A stretch of 64,000 nucleotides of DNA from Candidatus Kaiserbacteria bacterium (GTDB lineage: Bacteria; Patescibacteriota; Minisyncoccia; Phycocordibacterales; UBA2100), in assembly GCA_016432285.1 (NCBI GenBank), contig CP066682.1:666274-730273 (forward strand), given 5' to 3'. Made by a program: the position numbers and the translations under genes. The notes below the pieces were generated by a model. It was given only the letters and a program-made list of their open reading frames with translations. It ran no database searches and had not been told where the DNA came from. This document shows positions 48,106-64,000 of the stretch, in pieces. Every line of letters starts with the position of its first letter. Position 1 is the stretch's first letter.

Positions 48106-48390
48106 ATGCACACACTGTGGCGATACGCCTTTGTCGCACTCCTCCTCTTTTCGATCTTCCACCTCGGGCGCGATGTCCTGCAATACGCGGGCGTTGAAAA
48201 TATCTTCACGACCCTCCTTCACCGGAAGCTCGCGTGGTGCGACTGGTATTGCGACCCGCTGATCATTCCCTACGAAATTGCGACCATCGCGGGCGGCGCC
48301 TTCGTTTTATGGAGAGATCGCATTGGCATTGTGGGAGTGATTGCGCTCGGTTTTCCCCCGTTGCTGCTGATCGCTACGCTGCTGCCCTGA
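48106..48390 (+). CDS. hypothetical membrane protein
   Basis: 3 hydrophobic segments; WCDWYCD motif. Confidence 0.6.
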   Translation: MHTLWRYAFVALLLFSIFHLGRDVLQYAGVENIFTTLLHRKLAWCDWYCDPLIIPYEIATIAGGAFVLWRDRIGIVGVIALGFPPLLLIATLLP

Positions 48391-48404
48391 CAGGGCAAGC
48401 ACTT

Positions 48405-48809
48405 TTACTGCTTCTGAACCTGAAAATCGGGATCGTTCTGCTCGCACTGGATCGTCCAGGTTTTCCAATCCGGTGACGCCGACATGTAGCTCGTGAGAGA
48501 GCCGTATGTCTCTTCACCATACGCCTCACCGGCCCACCCCTTTTCCTGCAATTTTTTCCAAATGGTCGTGGGCATCGTGTGATTGCGATCGCCGTGCCAG
48601 AGATCGTGGATGAACTGCCACTTTTGCGGCTGGGCAAAGGTGAAGGTGAAACTGATCTTATTGCCGTAATCAATAACGTCCGTTTTGACCACCTCTACAT
48701 GCTCCGGGGTGTTGGGTTTGATGCCTTCAAACTTCGGCATGCCCCACATGGTAGCACCCACCACCTTTTCCACATTCCCCTTTTGCGCCGCCCAGATGGG
48801 CGCTACCAT
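48405..48809 (-). CDS. hypothetical protein
   Basis: 134-aa ORF with protein-like composition, no family recognised. Confidence 0.45.
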   Translation of the reverse strand: MVAPIWAAQKGNVEKVVGATMWGMPKFEGIKPNTPEHVEVVKTDVIDYGNKISFTFTFAQPQKWQFIHDLWHGDRNHTMPTTIWKKLQEKGWAGEAYGEETYGSLTSYMSASPDWKTWTIQCEQNDPDFQVQKQ

Positions 48810-48857
48810 CAGTGCAGGAGCGCTCAGTAAAGGGCGCTCTTATACGTGGAGGATTCC

Positions 48858-49154
48858 ATGGCCATCTTGCGACCCAACGAACATCTTCGGCTCCCTCCCG
48901 AAGCGATGAGCTTGGAGGGTGCCGGCATGGCGACGATCGTCGTTACCTACCCGCGGCTCGATCACCCGAAGATCCTACAGACCTTTGCCTGGCAGGAGAT
49001 CGATCTCTACCCGTGGTTCCCCGTCATGAACGCCTTTCTGTGCGATTGGATCGTCAACAAAGACTCCAAGCCGCAGTCGGCACGAGTGATGCACTCGCAG
49101 ATGCGGGGTTGGGCTGAGTTCAAGATGGTCGCCGGTGTCTTCCGCCTCCAGTGA
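48858..49154 (+). CDS. hypothetical protein
   Basis: GGAGG SD before ATG 48858; terminator-like hairpin at about 49170-49203. Confidence 0.55.
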   Translation: MAILRPNEHLRLPPEAMSLEGAGMATIVVTYPRLDHPKILQTFAWQEIDLYPWFPVMNAFLCDWIVNKDSKPQSARVMHSQMRGWAEFKMVAGVFRLQ

Positions 49155-49244
49155 CCGCAACGCCCGACGGGAAGCCCAGCGCTCCCGCCGGGCTTTCCAT
49201 TTTGAGCCCCGATTTCCAAGGCTAAATATTGGAATTTCTAAATC

Positions 49245-49271
49245 AAATATGGACATCGAATGTCCATATTT
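49245..49271. repeat. short palindromic repeat, copy 4
   Basis: AAATATGGACAT-CGA-ATGTCCATATTT; its core is the reverse complement of the copy inside valS. Confidence 0.7.
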
Positions 49272-49458
49272 TCTTCATTTTCGAGCCTGAAGGCCAAGTC
49301 TCTATTTTGTTACGACCGTGAGAAAATAGGGACTCCGCTTTTGCGCAATCAGAGTGTGGCCTCCCTCGTGGAAGGTTTCGTCTTTCAGGAGTACACTTAC
49401 GGCTGGTGTGGTCACACAAGTGACCTAAGGGGACACCAAACACGTAGGAGTACGTCTG

Positions 49459-49725
49459 GTGAAGATGACCACAATCCAGGGTCCGAATGGTCGGACTTTC
49501 ACGATCGATGCCCATGGCCGAAAGGTCGACGAGGATGGATTCAAGACCTCGTCCTTCTCGGAATACGGCGATCTCAGCCGGTGGCACTGCGTCGCGGTCA
49601 AGATCGACGGCGACATGGTGCAGGTCCGCGACACCAAGGATCCGTCCAAGGCGACGCTCAACTACACGCGCGCTGAATGGGCGGGGTTCGTCCGGGGCGT
49701 CAAGGTCGGCGAGTTCGACGTCTGA
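49459..49725 (+). CDS. DUF397 domain protein
   Basis: F.TSSFS...CV.V......V.VRD.K.P....L.....EW..FV.GVK.GEF; AGGAG SD; terminator at 49753-49785. Confidence 0.82.
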   Translation: MKMTTIQGPNGRTFTIDAHGRKVDEDGFKTSSFSEYGDLSRWHCVAVKIDGDMVQVRDTKDPSKATLNYTRAEWAGFVRGVKVGEFDV

Positions 49726-49828
49726 CAGGACCATCGATCCGTGCAAGAAATGGAAACGGCGGGCTCTCCCCCGCCGTTTTTCTTTAAGTATGAACAATTG
49801 ACGGTATTTTCTGCGGGAGTAGCGGAAG

Positions 49829-50290
49829 TTAGCCCTCTGGTATGGCTTTTTTCATGATGGCGACGTCGAAGCCGGCTGAGGATTTTCCGTCCTCGACGTA
49901 ACGGTATCCGTGTCGCTCGTAGAACGGCCGGGCACTGGGGGCCGACTTTATGCGAATTCGCCTGACGCCCGCATCGAGCATCGTACGCTCCGCACTCTTA
50001 AGAAGCCGCGAGCCGATCCCCTTACGCATCCACCTTGGCAGCACGTACAAACAGCGCAACCAGCCGGTGTCCCTTTTGATGCCCCAAGTAGCAAACGCGA
50101 CGATCCGTCCGCCCTCTACGCACACGAGAGAGGCGTATGGCTCAAATCGCTTCCCGCCCTTCTTTGTGGCTCTCTTTTCCCACGCGGCAATTTGATCAGG
50201 TGAATACGTGTCGGTGAGAGTCCGGAAGGAAGCAATTTGGACTTCGAGCATTTCCTCGAAGTCCTTTTTTGTCGCCCGGCGCACCTGCAT
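49829..50290 (-). CDS. GNAT family N-acetyltransferase
   Basis: LYVLP...RKGIGSRLL, A.PFYERHGY. Confidence 0.9.
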   Translation of the reverse strand: MQVRRATKKDFEEMLEVQIASFRTLTDTYSPDQIAAWEKRATKKGGKRFEPYASLVCVEGGRIVAFATWGIKRDTGWLRCLYVLPRWMRKGIGSRLLKSAERTMLDAGVRRIRIKSAPSARPFYERHGYRYVEDGKSSAGFDVAIMKKAIPEG

Positions 50291-50296
50291 GGCGCG

Positions 50297-51559
50297 TTAG
50301 TACGAACGGAGCTGTTTGGCGCGCTCGTGGAAACGGATGCGTTCGAGGGCCTTGGCTTCGATTTGGCGGATACGTTCGCGCGTCACGCCGAACTCGCGAC
50401 CGACTTCTTCCAGCGTGTAGCAAATCCCCTCCTCGGTGAGGCCATTTCGCATTTCCAAAATCTTGCGCTCCTTCGGGGAGAGCTCGTCGAGGATGTCCAT
50501 CATCTGCTCGGCGAGGATGCGGCGCGAGGCTTCCTGGTCGGGCGAAGCGATGGTGTCGTCTGCGATAAAGCTGCCGAGCGTGCTTCGCTCGTCGTCGTCT
50601 TCGCCCACTGGGCTCTCAAGCGAGACGGTGTCCTGATTGATCTTCTGGATCGTGTAGATCTTCTCCACCTCGATGCCCATTTCCGCGGCGATCTCCTCCG
50701 GGAGCGGATCGCGGCCGAGGTGCTGCGAGAGCTCGCGCACCTTCTGCTTGTACTTGGCGATGGTTTCCACCATGTGCACCGGGATGCGGATCGTGCGGCT
50801 CTGGTCGGCCAAAGCGCGAGTGATGGCCTGGCGAATCCACCAGGTGGCGTAGGTCGAAAATTTGTAGCCCTTTGTGTAGTCGAACTTGTCGACCGCCTTA
50901 AAGAGGCCGAGGTTGCCCTCCTGAATGAGGTCCAAGAGGGTCAAATCCGGGCTTCTGTTGACGTATTTTTTGGCGATCGAGACCACGAGACGGAGGTTGG
51001 AGCGGGCAAGAATGCTGCGCGCTTCCTCGTCGCCCGCCTCGATCCGCTTGGCGAGCTCCTTTTCCTGATCTCCCGTGAGAAGTGGGTACTGGCCGATCTC
51101 GCGGAGGTACATTTGCACCGAATCAAAGCCCGCGTCGCTGCGGCGATGCTGCAACTTTTTGCGCTCCAAGACCGAATCTGCGCCCTTGTCCTCCAGCATG
51201 CTGCCGCCTTCCAAAACGTCGATGCCGGCGGCGCCAAACTTCTCGTACATTTCTTCGAGCAGAATGACGTTGTCTTCGATCGTGGGAAACTCGCGCAAGA
51301 TTTCGTCGTACGTGATGTAGCCGCGCTCCTTACCAAGACGAATCAAGGCGTCGACTTTCGTCTGCACTTTTCCGGCAGCGTCTTTGCCACCCCCTTTCTT
51401 CGCCGGCCGCACGATGCGCGCCGTCGCCTTACGCGCACTCCTCGCGCTCGCGGATCGGCGGCGGGCGATGCGCTTCGTCTTCACTCGCGCAGTGGCCGCG
51501 CGCCTCTTGGGGCTGCGGATCCCTCGCTTCTTTTTCTTTTTTGTTTTCTTTTTTGCCAT
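50297..51559 (-). CDS. rpoD: primary sigma factor RpoD with long basic N-terminal extension
   Basis: [66 protein letters not shown]. Confidence 0.97.
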   Translation of the reverse strand: MAKKKTKKKKKRGIRSPKRRAATARVKTKRIARRRSASARSARKATARIVRPAKKGGGKDAAGKVQTKVDALIRLGKERGYITYDEILREFPTIEDNVILLEEMYEKFGAAGIDVLEGGSMLEDKGADSVLERKKLQHRRSDAGFDSVQMYLREIGQYPLLTGDQEKELAKRIEAGDEEARSILARSNLRLVVSIAKKYVNRSPDLTLLDLIQEGNLGLFKAVDKFDYTKGYKFSTYATWWIRQAITRALADQSRTIRIPVHMVETIAKYKQKVRELSQHLGRDPLPEEIAAEMGIEVEKIYTIQKINQDTVSLESPVGEDDDERSTLGSFIADDTIASPDQEASRRILAEQMMDILDELSPKERKILEMRNGLTEEGICYTLEEVGREFGVTRERIRQIEAKALERIRFHERAKQLRSY

Positions 51560-51690
51560 GGGCAGTTTTGAGAGCGCAAAAACCTATCTTCCGCTCACGG
51601 AAGATGTATTTCGTATGTAGTCTGCCGAGCGAGCCGCCCCTTTATTACAAAAATGGCTCAAAATCAAGCACTCAGAGACGAAGCGGCACT

Positions 51691-53382
51691 TTACCCTTTT
51701 TTGTGAAGATCCGCAATCTTTTTTGTTAATAACTGTGTGGATTGCATGAGGATATCTATTTCCCCCTGATCGCCCTCCCCCTCTGCCTTCTTGAGGGCAA
51801 CGGCCGCCTCAGCGAGCTCCCGGGAGAGCCGCTCCTGCAAGATCACCCGGAGGAGCGAGGAGGCCTCATCAAGTACGTTTTGCCCCCTGCCGTAGAGACC
51901 CTCGGCAGAAAAGCGCAAACGCTCCCGCTCGCGCTCGTCCATTCTCTCGAGCACGGTGGCCGCCACCTTCCCAGCGGCCTCGGCGAGGTCTTTCTCGTAT
52001 GCGCCCGTGTCGATCTCGGGCTTCGGGAGCGATCGCTGCCACAAAAGGAGCGCATACGCTTGCTTCACTTTGCTCTCCCCGGCGCGAATGGTTTTTTCTT
52101 CGCTTTTTTCCTGCGGAGTCGCAGGAGTCTTTCCGAGCGCTTCTGCGACCGCCGCTTCCGACACGTGGAGGCGCTCCGCGATCTCCCGCGTGTACTGTTC
52201 GCGCGCGATCGGCGATTGCACGTCGGCAAGAAATGGAAGCACGGCGATCTCCACGTTGCGGCGGAAGACATCTTTACTCTTTGCACCGCTTTCCAATACA
52301 TCAAGAAGGAAGGTGATGATGTCCTTCGATTCGCGAATCGCTTTTTTCCACGCATCGGCTCCTTCTTTTTGGATGAGATCCGCCGGATCGGTACCCGCCG
52401 GCAACTGCGCCACCTTCACATGGAGACCCCCTTGGAGCGCGGCGCGCGCAGCTCGTCCGGCCGCCTTGATTCCGGCGGCGTCGGCGTCGAGCGCGATGAC
52501 GAGGTTATCGGTAATTCGGCGTATGAGTTTGGCATGTTCCGGCGTGAAGGCGGTCCCGGAGACGGCCACGGTATTGGCCCACCCGGCCTGGTGGCTCGCC
52601 AAGAGATCCATCTGCCCCTCTACGAGGACGGCGCAGTTGAGCTTCCGCATCGCCACTTTCGAGCGGTCGAAGCCGTAGAGGATGCGCGATTTGTGGAAGA
52701 GCGGCGTCTCGGGGCTGTTGAGGTACTTCGGTGCATCCGGGTGTGCGTCGGCGCCGAAAATACGGCCGGAAAAGCCGACCACCCGCCCTGCGCTGTCGGC
52801 GATTGGAAAGATGATTCGATTGCGAAACTTATCGATCAATCCGCCGCGATCCCCCCTCTTCGCTACGCCCGCTTCGATGATTTCCGCATCGGAAAATTTC
52901 TTGCCTTTGAGGTAGTCGGAGAGCTCGCTCCATTCAGCTCCCGCCTGCCCCAAACGGAACTCCTTCATGGTCTCCTGTTTGAGACCGCGCTCTTTGAGAT
53001 ATTTCGTTGCTTTCTCGTCGAGCTTCCCCGTGTAGAAAATCGTCGCCGCCTCCAGGAGCTCGAAGAGTCGATCCCGGTCGTCTTTTTTCTCCTGACGCTC
53101 GTAGACGAGGGGCACACCCGCCTTTTCGGCAAGCACCTTGAGGGCTCCCTTGAAGTCGAGCCCCTCGATCTCCTCCACGAAGCTGAGTATATCGCCGCCT
53201 TTGTCGCAGCCGAAACAGTGGTACGTGCCGCGCTCAGCCGAAACAAAAAAGGAGGGCGTGCGCTCGTTGTGGAAGGGGCAGCGCGCGCGCATGGCCGCTC
53301 CGCTTCGCTCGAGCTTCACGTACTGCGAAACCACGTCGACGATCGACAACTTATCTTTAATTTGTTGCACTGTGTCGCTCAT
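51691..53382 (-). CDS. dnaG: DNA primase
   Basis: CPFHNERTPSF...HCFGC Zn finger, FRNRIIFPI, PKYLNSPET, VEGQMD, DADAAG. Confidence 0.97.
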   Translation of the reverse strand: MSDTVQQIKDKLSIVDVVSQYVKLERSGAAMRARCPFHNERTPSFFVSAERGTYHCFGCDKGGDILSFVEEIEGLDFKGALKVLAEKAGVPLVYERQEKKDDRDRLFELLEAATIFYTGKLDEKATKYLKERGLKQETMKEFRLGQAGAEWSELSDYLKGKKFSDAEIIEAGVAKRGDRGGLIDKFRNRIIFPIADSAGRVVGFSGRIFGADAHPDAPKYLNSPETPLFHKSRILYGFDRSKVAMRKLNCAVLVEGQMDLLASHQAGWANTVAVSGTAFTPEHAKLIRRITDNLVIALDADAAGIKAAGRAARAALQGGLHVKVAQLPAGTDPADLIQKEGADAWKKAIRESKDIITFLLDVLESGAKSKDVFRRNVEIAVLPFLADVQSPIAREQYTREIAERLHVSEAAVAEALGKTPATPQEKSEEKTIRAGESKVKQAYALLLWQRSLPKPEIDTGAYEKDLAEAAGKVAATVLERMDERERERLRFSAEGLYGRGQNVLDEASSLLRVILQERLSRELAEAAVALKKAEGEGDQGEIDILMQSTQLLTKKIADLHKKG

Positions 53383-53531
53383 GGTTTCGGTAGTTTACCC
53401 CGTTGGATGCGAAGCTATCCAATGGGGCCATAACGCCATTATGCTCCATTCCTCGCGCATTGCACTTTCGCGCTGCCACGTGCTAGATTTTCCTTTCGAC
53501 CGGAAACGGTCAAGTACAAAAGGAGTACGCG

Positions 53532-53786
53532 ATGGACGCGACAACGACGACTCGTCAGCAGGCTCGCGACGCGAGTATGCTGAAGCGGTTCCTGGTTGGC
53601 CGCGGGATGGGCAAGCTTGAGCTCTGCCTCAAGCACCTCGGCAACAATGAGGTGCATTGCTCACTCACCTACCTCAATACCAGGATCGGCAACCAGATTG
53701 TAGCGAGCGGCACGTTTACGCGACGCACGCAGGGCCGCAAGAGCCGCCGCGCTGTTGCCCATCCAGCAGCAGCAAAGAAGGCGTGA
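53532..53786 (+). CDS. hypothetical protein
   Basis: AAGGAG SD; terminator hairpin at 53814-53848. Confidence 0.55.
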   Translation: MDATTTTRQQARDASMLKRFLVGRGMGKLELCLKHLGNNEVHCSLTYLNTRIGNQIVASGTFTRRTQGRKSRRAVAHPAAAKKA

Positions 53787-53851
53787 ACCATGGAATCCCA
53801 CTTCCCTCCTGAAGGCCCGCTGACGAGTGTCGCGGGCCGTTTTTTATTGGG

Positions 53852-57553
<3,702 letters not shown>

Positions 57554-57558
57554 ACTGA

Positions 57559-60741
<3,183 letters not shown>

Positions 60742-60862
60742 GTGACAACAATTCGTACGTGCGGCCCCTTTCCGCCGTACGTGGTTACCTTATTAAATTG
60801 TCTTATGAAAACTTGCCAAAGCGCGTCCGCAACTCAATCAAGCTTAGAGCAAATGTCCGGCG

Positions 60863-60891
60863 AGTATACAGAAGGCCCTTTTCCCCGTCAA
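60863..60891 (-). promoter_or_regulatory. sigma70 promoter of rpoBC
   Basis: Minus strand TTGACG-N17-TATACT, about 120 nt upstream of the rpoB ATG. Confidence 0.7.
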
Positions 60892-60941
60892 GCGCGAGGG
60901 CAAAAAAGGAAACGGGCGGAGGGATTCTCCGCCCGAGGCGC

Positions 60942-61148
60942 CTAGCGGCGCCCTTTGGGATCCGGCCCACGATCGGGATAGTTCTTGAACGACCCGATTT
61001 CGATGGGGTCCGGCAATTCATCAACCGCGAGCGACTCAAAATACTGCTCCGGATCAGTGTGCACCGTTACGGGCACGAGCTTCTCGGCGCATTTGGTCGC
61101 CTCGCTCTTCTCCACCATAAGTGGAGGAGGTTTGACGCTGGTGGCCAT
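60942..61148 (-). CDS. hypothetical small protein
   Basis: AAAGGAGG SD; TTGACA-like upstream; followed by hairpin CGGGCGGAG/CTCCGCCCG. Confidence 0.5.
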   Translation of the reverse strand: MATSVKPPPLMVEKSEATKCAEKLVPVTVHTDPEQYFESLAVDELPDPIEIGSFKNYPDRGPDPKGRR

Positions 61149-61215
61149 CTTTGGTCCTCCTTTCGTTAAGAGGTGGGGGTCAGCATTTACTTCGTACCGC
61201 GGCGCTTCAGCTCTG

Positions 61216-61857
61216 TCAAGAGCGCTTTTCCTGCTTCCAGGCGTCGATCTTGGCGTGATGGCCGGATTTCAGCACCTCGGGCACTTTGTATTTCTTGCCT
61301 TTCCAGAGGAGCGTGTCGGGCCGCGTGTACACTTCGGGGCTCGATACGCGGCTGCGCTCGAGCGATTCGATTTTGCCGAGGACTCCCGGCACGAAGCGCG
61401 CGACCGCATCCACGAGCGTCGCCGCAGGCAGCTCACCGCCGGTGAGCACGTAGGGGCCCACGGACACCTTTTTGGCTTTCAGTATTTTCTGCACGCGCGC
61501 ATCCACGCCCTCGTAGCGGCCGCAGACGAGAAGTAGCTCTTTTTTCCTCGAGAGCTTCTTTGCCATTTCCTCGGAGAACACTTCCCCATCGGTCGCGAAA
61601 AAGATCTTGGTCATTCCCTTCTTTTTGCGAACCGCTCGCTCGGCGGCCTTCAGGACAGCCGTCGGCTCCAAGATCATGCCGGGGCCGCCGCCGTACGGGC
61701 GTTGGTCGACGCGCTTGTGCTTCCCAACGGCGTATTTTTTGGGGTCGTAGTACGAAATCTTGATGAGCTTCTTCTCGCGTGCGCGGCCGAGGATCGAGCT
61801 CTGAAGGTAGCTCTCGATCGATTCGGGAAAGAGCGTAACGATATGAAAGTGGATCAT
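61216..61857 (-). CDS. trmD: tRNA (guanine-N1)-methyltransferase
   Basis: TLFP, VDQRPYGGGPGM, CGRYEGVD.R, SVGPYVLTGGE, YTRP, VPEVL.SGHH. Confidence 0.96.
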   Translation of the reverse strand: MIHFHIVTLFPESIESYLQSSILGRAREKKLIKISYYDPKKYAVGKHKRVDQRPYGGGPGMILEPTAVLKAAERAVRKKKGMTKIFFATDGEVFSEEMAKKLSRKKELLLVCGRYEGVDARVQKILKAKKVSVGPYVLTGGELPAATLVDAVARFVPGVLGKIESLERSRVSSPEVYTRPDTLLWKGKKYKVPEVLKSGHHAKIDAWKQEKRS

Positions 61858-62144
61858 GGAGTAGCGCGCTTTTCGAGCGAGACGACCACGTCCACATCGG
61901 GGGTCGCGTGATTCCCCGCCGCTTCCACCTCCGACGGCTTGATCGAATCTACCCGTACGGTATACAAACCGCCTTCCTCGCCATCAACGCGGATCAGATC
62001 TCCCTCCCTCAAATCGGATTGCTTCCGGAATCGCAGTGTCGCCGCTCCCCGGTCCTTCAGCGTAAACTCTTCCATCTCGTTGAGGCTAAAGACGATCGCG
62101 GGCTCGCGCGTTTCGTCATCGAGCTTCTTCGGAAGCCGTTCCAT
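61854..62144 (-). CDS. hypothetical protein at the usual rimM position
   Basis: 96-aa ORF coupled between khpA and trmD (ATGA overlap). Confidence 0.6.
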   Translation of the reverse strand: MERLPKKLDDETREPAIVFSLNEMEEFTLKDRGAATLRFRKQSDLREGDLIRVDGEEGGLYTVRVDSIKPSEVEAAGNHATPDVDVVVSLEKRATP

Positions 62145-62148
62145 TTCG

Positions 62149-62472
62149 TTACTCGCTCTTGAGGTCGTTGATGACGTCGTCTACCGATCGCTCTCGCGAG
62201 GGCTCTGCGGCCATATCGCGTTCGCTGCCTTCCGGCTCTTCGATCTTCAAATTGACGCGCGCATCGTTTTTCATGCCAACGACCCGGAGGATCGTGCGGA
62301 TTGCCTTGGCGGTCTGGCCGCTTCGGCCGATCACCTTGCCCATGTCATCTTTGTTGACGCTCAACGTGAGGAGTACGCCCATCTCATCGACGGACCGATT
62401 GATCTTGACGTCGTCGGGAGTGTCCACCAATGCCTTCACCACGTATTCGAGAAATTGCTGATCGCGTTCCAT
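62149..62472 (-). CDS. khpA: KH-domain RNA-binding protein
   Basis: VKALVD.P, DMGKVIGRSGQTAKAIRT; follows rpsP. Confidence 0.9.
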   Translation of the reverse strand: MERDQQFLEYVVKALVDTPDDVKINRSVDEMGVLLTLSVNKDDMGKVIGRSGQTAKAIRTILRVVGMKNDARVNLKIEEPEGSERDMAAEPSRERSVDDVINDLKSE

Positions 62473-62512
62473 ATCCGTCGTGCTATCTGGTAATCGGAAT
62501 CAGTATACCAAA

Positions 62513-62986
62513 CTACTCTGTTTTCTCGGGCGCGGCCGCTTCCTCCGGCTTGTCGGAACTCTCCGCTTCGGCCGGTGCGGTGGCCTCTTCTGCCTTCGTT
62601 TCCGCTTCGGCTTTCACCTCGGCGTCGTGCGCTGCTTTCGCTTCAGCCTTCGCTTCCTGCTCCGCCGCCTTTTCAGCAGCCTCTTCCTTCGCTTCCGCTG
62701 CCGCCTCTGCGGGCGCCTTGTAGGCCGGGAGGATGTTGATCTTCTTTGCGTTCAGCACACCGAGCGCAACGAGCATGTTGTGCACGGTGGCCGAGGGCTT
62801 CGCGCCCACCGACATCCAGTATTTCACGCGATCCTCCGCAAGGCTGCGCTCCTTGGTCTTTGGGTTGTAGGTGCCGACTTTTTCGACGATGCTCCCGGTT
62901 TTGGGACTTTCGGTGTGCTCCGCAACCACAATGCGAAACGAGGGCTGGTTGGTCCTCCCGGTGCGCTGTAAGCGGATCTTCAACAT
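62513..62986 (-). CDS. rpsP: 30S ribosomal protein S16 with Ala/Glu-rich tail
   Basis: MLKIRLQRTGR.NQP.FRIVV, GTYNP, YW.SVGAKPS.TV. Confidence 0.95.
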   Translation of the reverse strand: MLKIRLQRTGRTNQPSFRIVVAEHTESPKTGSIVEKVGTYNPKTKERSLAEDRVKYWMSVGAKPSATVHNMLVALGVLNAKKINILPAYKAPAEAAAEAKEEAAEKAAEQEAKAEAKAAHDAEVKAEAETKAEEATAPAEAESSDKPEEAAAPEKTE

Positions 62987-63008
62987 ATGTTGCGGCACTC
63001 TACCAGAA

Positions 63009-63344
63009 CTACTGCCGCTCTACAACCACGGCCGTGCCGTACGCGAGGATCTCGGTCACGCCGCCGCCGATGCCGGTCGCATCGTACCGCACCCCGATCA
63101 CCGCATTCGCGCCCATCTCTTCCGCCTGTTTTTTCATGCGCTGATACGCGTCGGCGCGCGTGCGCTCGCTCAAGGCAGTGAAGAGCGTGATGTCGCCGCC
63201 AAAGATGGTCTGGAGGCCGGCGCCGATGGTGCCGATGATGGAGCGTGATCGCACGACGATCCCGCGCGCCATGCCGATGTTTTTCGCGATATGGTAGCCC
63301 GGCAGCTCAAACGCGGTCGTTACCATCGAGTCCTGGATTGCCAT
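63009..63344 (-). CDS. YbjQ family (UPF0145) protein
   Basis: G.ARGIVVRSR, GG.I, R..A..RM, GANAVIGVRYD, AYGTAV. Confidence 0.9.
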   Translation of the reverse strand: MAIQDSMVTTAFELPGYHIAKNIGMARGIVVRSRSIIGTIGAGLQTIFGGDITLFTALSERTRADAYQRMKKQAEEMGANAVIGVRYDATGIGGGVTEILAYGTAVVVERQ

Positions 63345-63366
63345 ACCCTGGAGTATACCAAATCGG

Positions 63367-64000
63367 CTATTTCGCCACTCGCTCAGCCTCCTCGAGCTTC
63401 ACCGACAAGAGTTTCGAAACGCCGTCGCCGCCCATGGTCACACCGTAGAGCTCTCCCGCAGCGGCCATCGTCGCTCTGTTGTGCGTGATCACGATGAGCT
63501 GCGACTTTTGACCGAGCTCCTGGATCATGTCGGCGTAGCGCTTGCTGTTGGCCTCGTCGAGCGCGGCGTCCGTCTCGTCGAGAATCAAAAACGGTGGGGG
63601 ATTCACCTGCGTCATGGAAAAGATGAGCGCGATCGAGGTGAGCGCGCGCTCGCCGCCTGAAAGCACCTCGAGGCCACGGATTTTCTTCCGGGGCAGCGAG
63701 ACCGAGATCGAGAGCCCTGCGTACAGCTCTTCTTCGTCCTCGAAATCCTCCTCGTCATCCTCGTCGGTATCAAAATCCGTCTTCGCGGCGCGGCGCTTCG
63801 GCTGCTCTACCGTGAGTTTGGCTTCCCCGCCCCCAAAAAGCTTGGTAAAGAAACTCTTCAGCGCGTCGTTGATGTGCTTTAGGCCGTCGTGGAAGCGCGC
63901 GTCGATCGTTTTCTCGAGCTCCGCGATGATGTCCTTCAGCGAGGCTGCGCTCTTTTCGAGATCGTCGAGCTCTTTTGCCAGAAATTCGTCGCGCTCCTTG
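63367..64000 (-). CDS. smc: SMC family chromosome segregation protein, C-terminal part
   Basis: F..LFGGG.A, PRKK...L..LSGGERAL, PF.ILDE.DAALDEAN, QLIVITH; runs off the right edge. Confidence 0.92.
   Translation of the reverse strand, partial: KERDEFLAKELDDLEKSAASLKDIIAELEKTIDARFHDGLKHINDALKSFFTKLFGGGEAKLTVEQPKRRAAKTDFDTDEDDEEDFEDEEELYAGLSISVSLPRKKIRGLEVLSGGERALTSIALIFSMTQVNPPPFLILDETDAALDEANSKRYADMIQELGQKSQLIVITHNRATMAAAGELYGVTMGGDGVSKLLSVKLEEAERVAK

Noticed and set aside
62513-62720. Low-complexity GCTTC/GCC repeats
   Set aside because: Encode the Ala/Glu/Lys tail of S16, a common extension

Overview
A 64-kb, GC-rich chromosomal segment of a small-genome bacterium, most likely Patescibacteria/CPR (Parcubacteria-like). 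This is inferred from gene content and order: lepB-hisS-like-rpsU-ybeY-ftsA-ftsZ, tsaD-valS-prsW-hsp20-dsbA, a shortened ValS, no rimM in the rpsP-khpA-trmD cluster, and mostly leaderless genes. Housekeeping genes include gyrA, rpsA, pth, ftsAZ, trxB, rpoB/C/D, dnaG, trmD and smc, plus three tRNAs (Ser-CGA, Glu-TTC, Val-GAC). They are interleaved with partial nucleotide metabolism (AICAR-transformylase-only purH, pyrE, pyrF), a six-gene Ehr/Hyf-like membrane complex, and many solitary ORFan units that carry their own promoter, SD and terminator. The most notable unexplained structures are: (1) a conserved ~150-bp structured element behind two different tRNA genes, each ending in a duplicate of its host tRNA 3' end and carrying an anti-T-arm segment that co-varies with the host tRNA; (2) a textbook-shaped ribosome-stalling attenuator with a Met-rich leader peptide (MYSKAMMMAMM...) in front of a tiny Cys-rich protein; (3) an Ehr complex whose small subunit has lost its canonical Fe-S cysteine ligands; (4) a dispersed ATGGACA-N5-TGTCCAT palindrome and other hairpins that sit in frame inside essential genes. 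All product calls come from motif recognition by eye; no database search was run.
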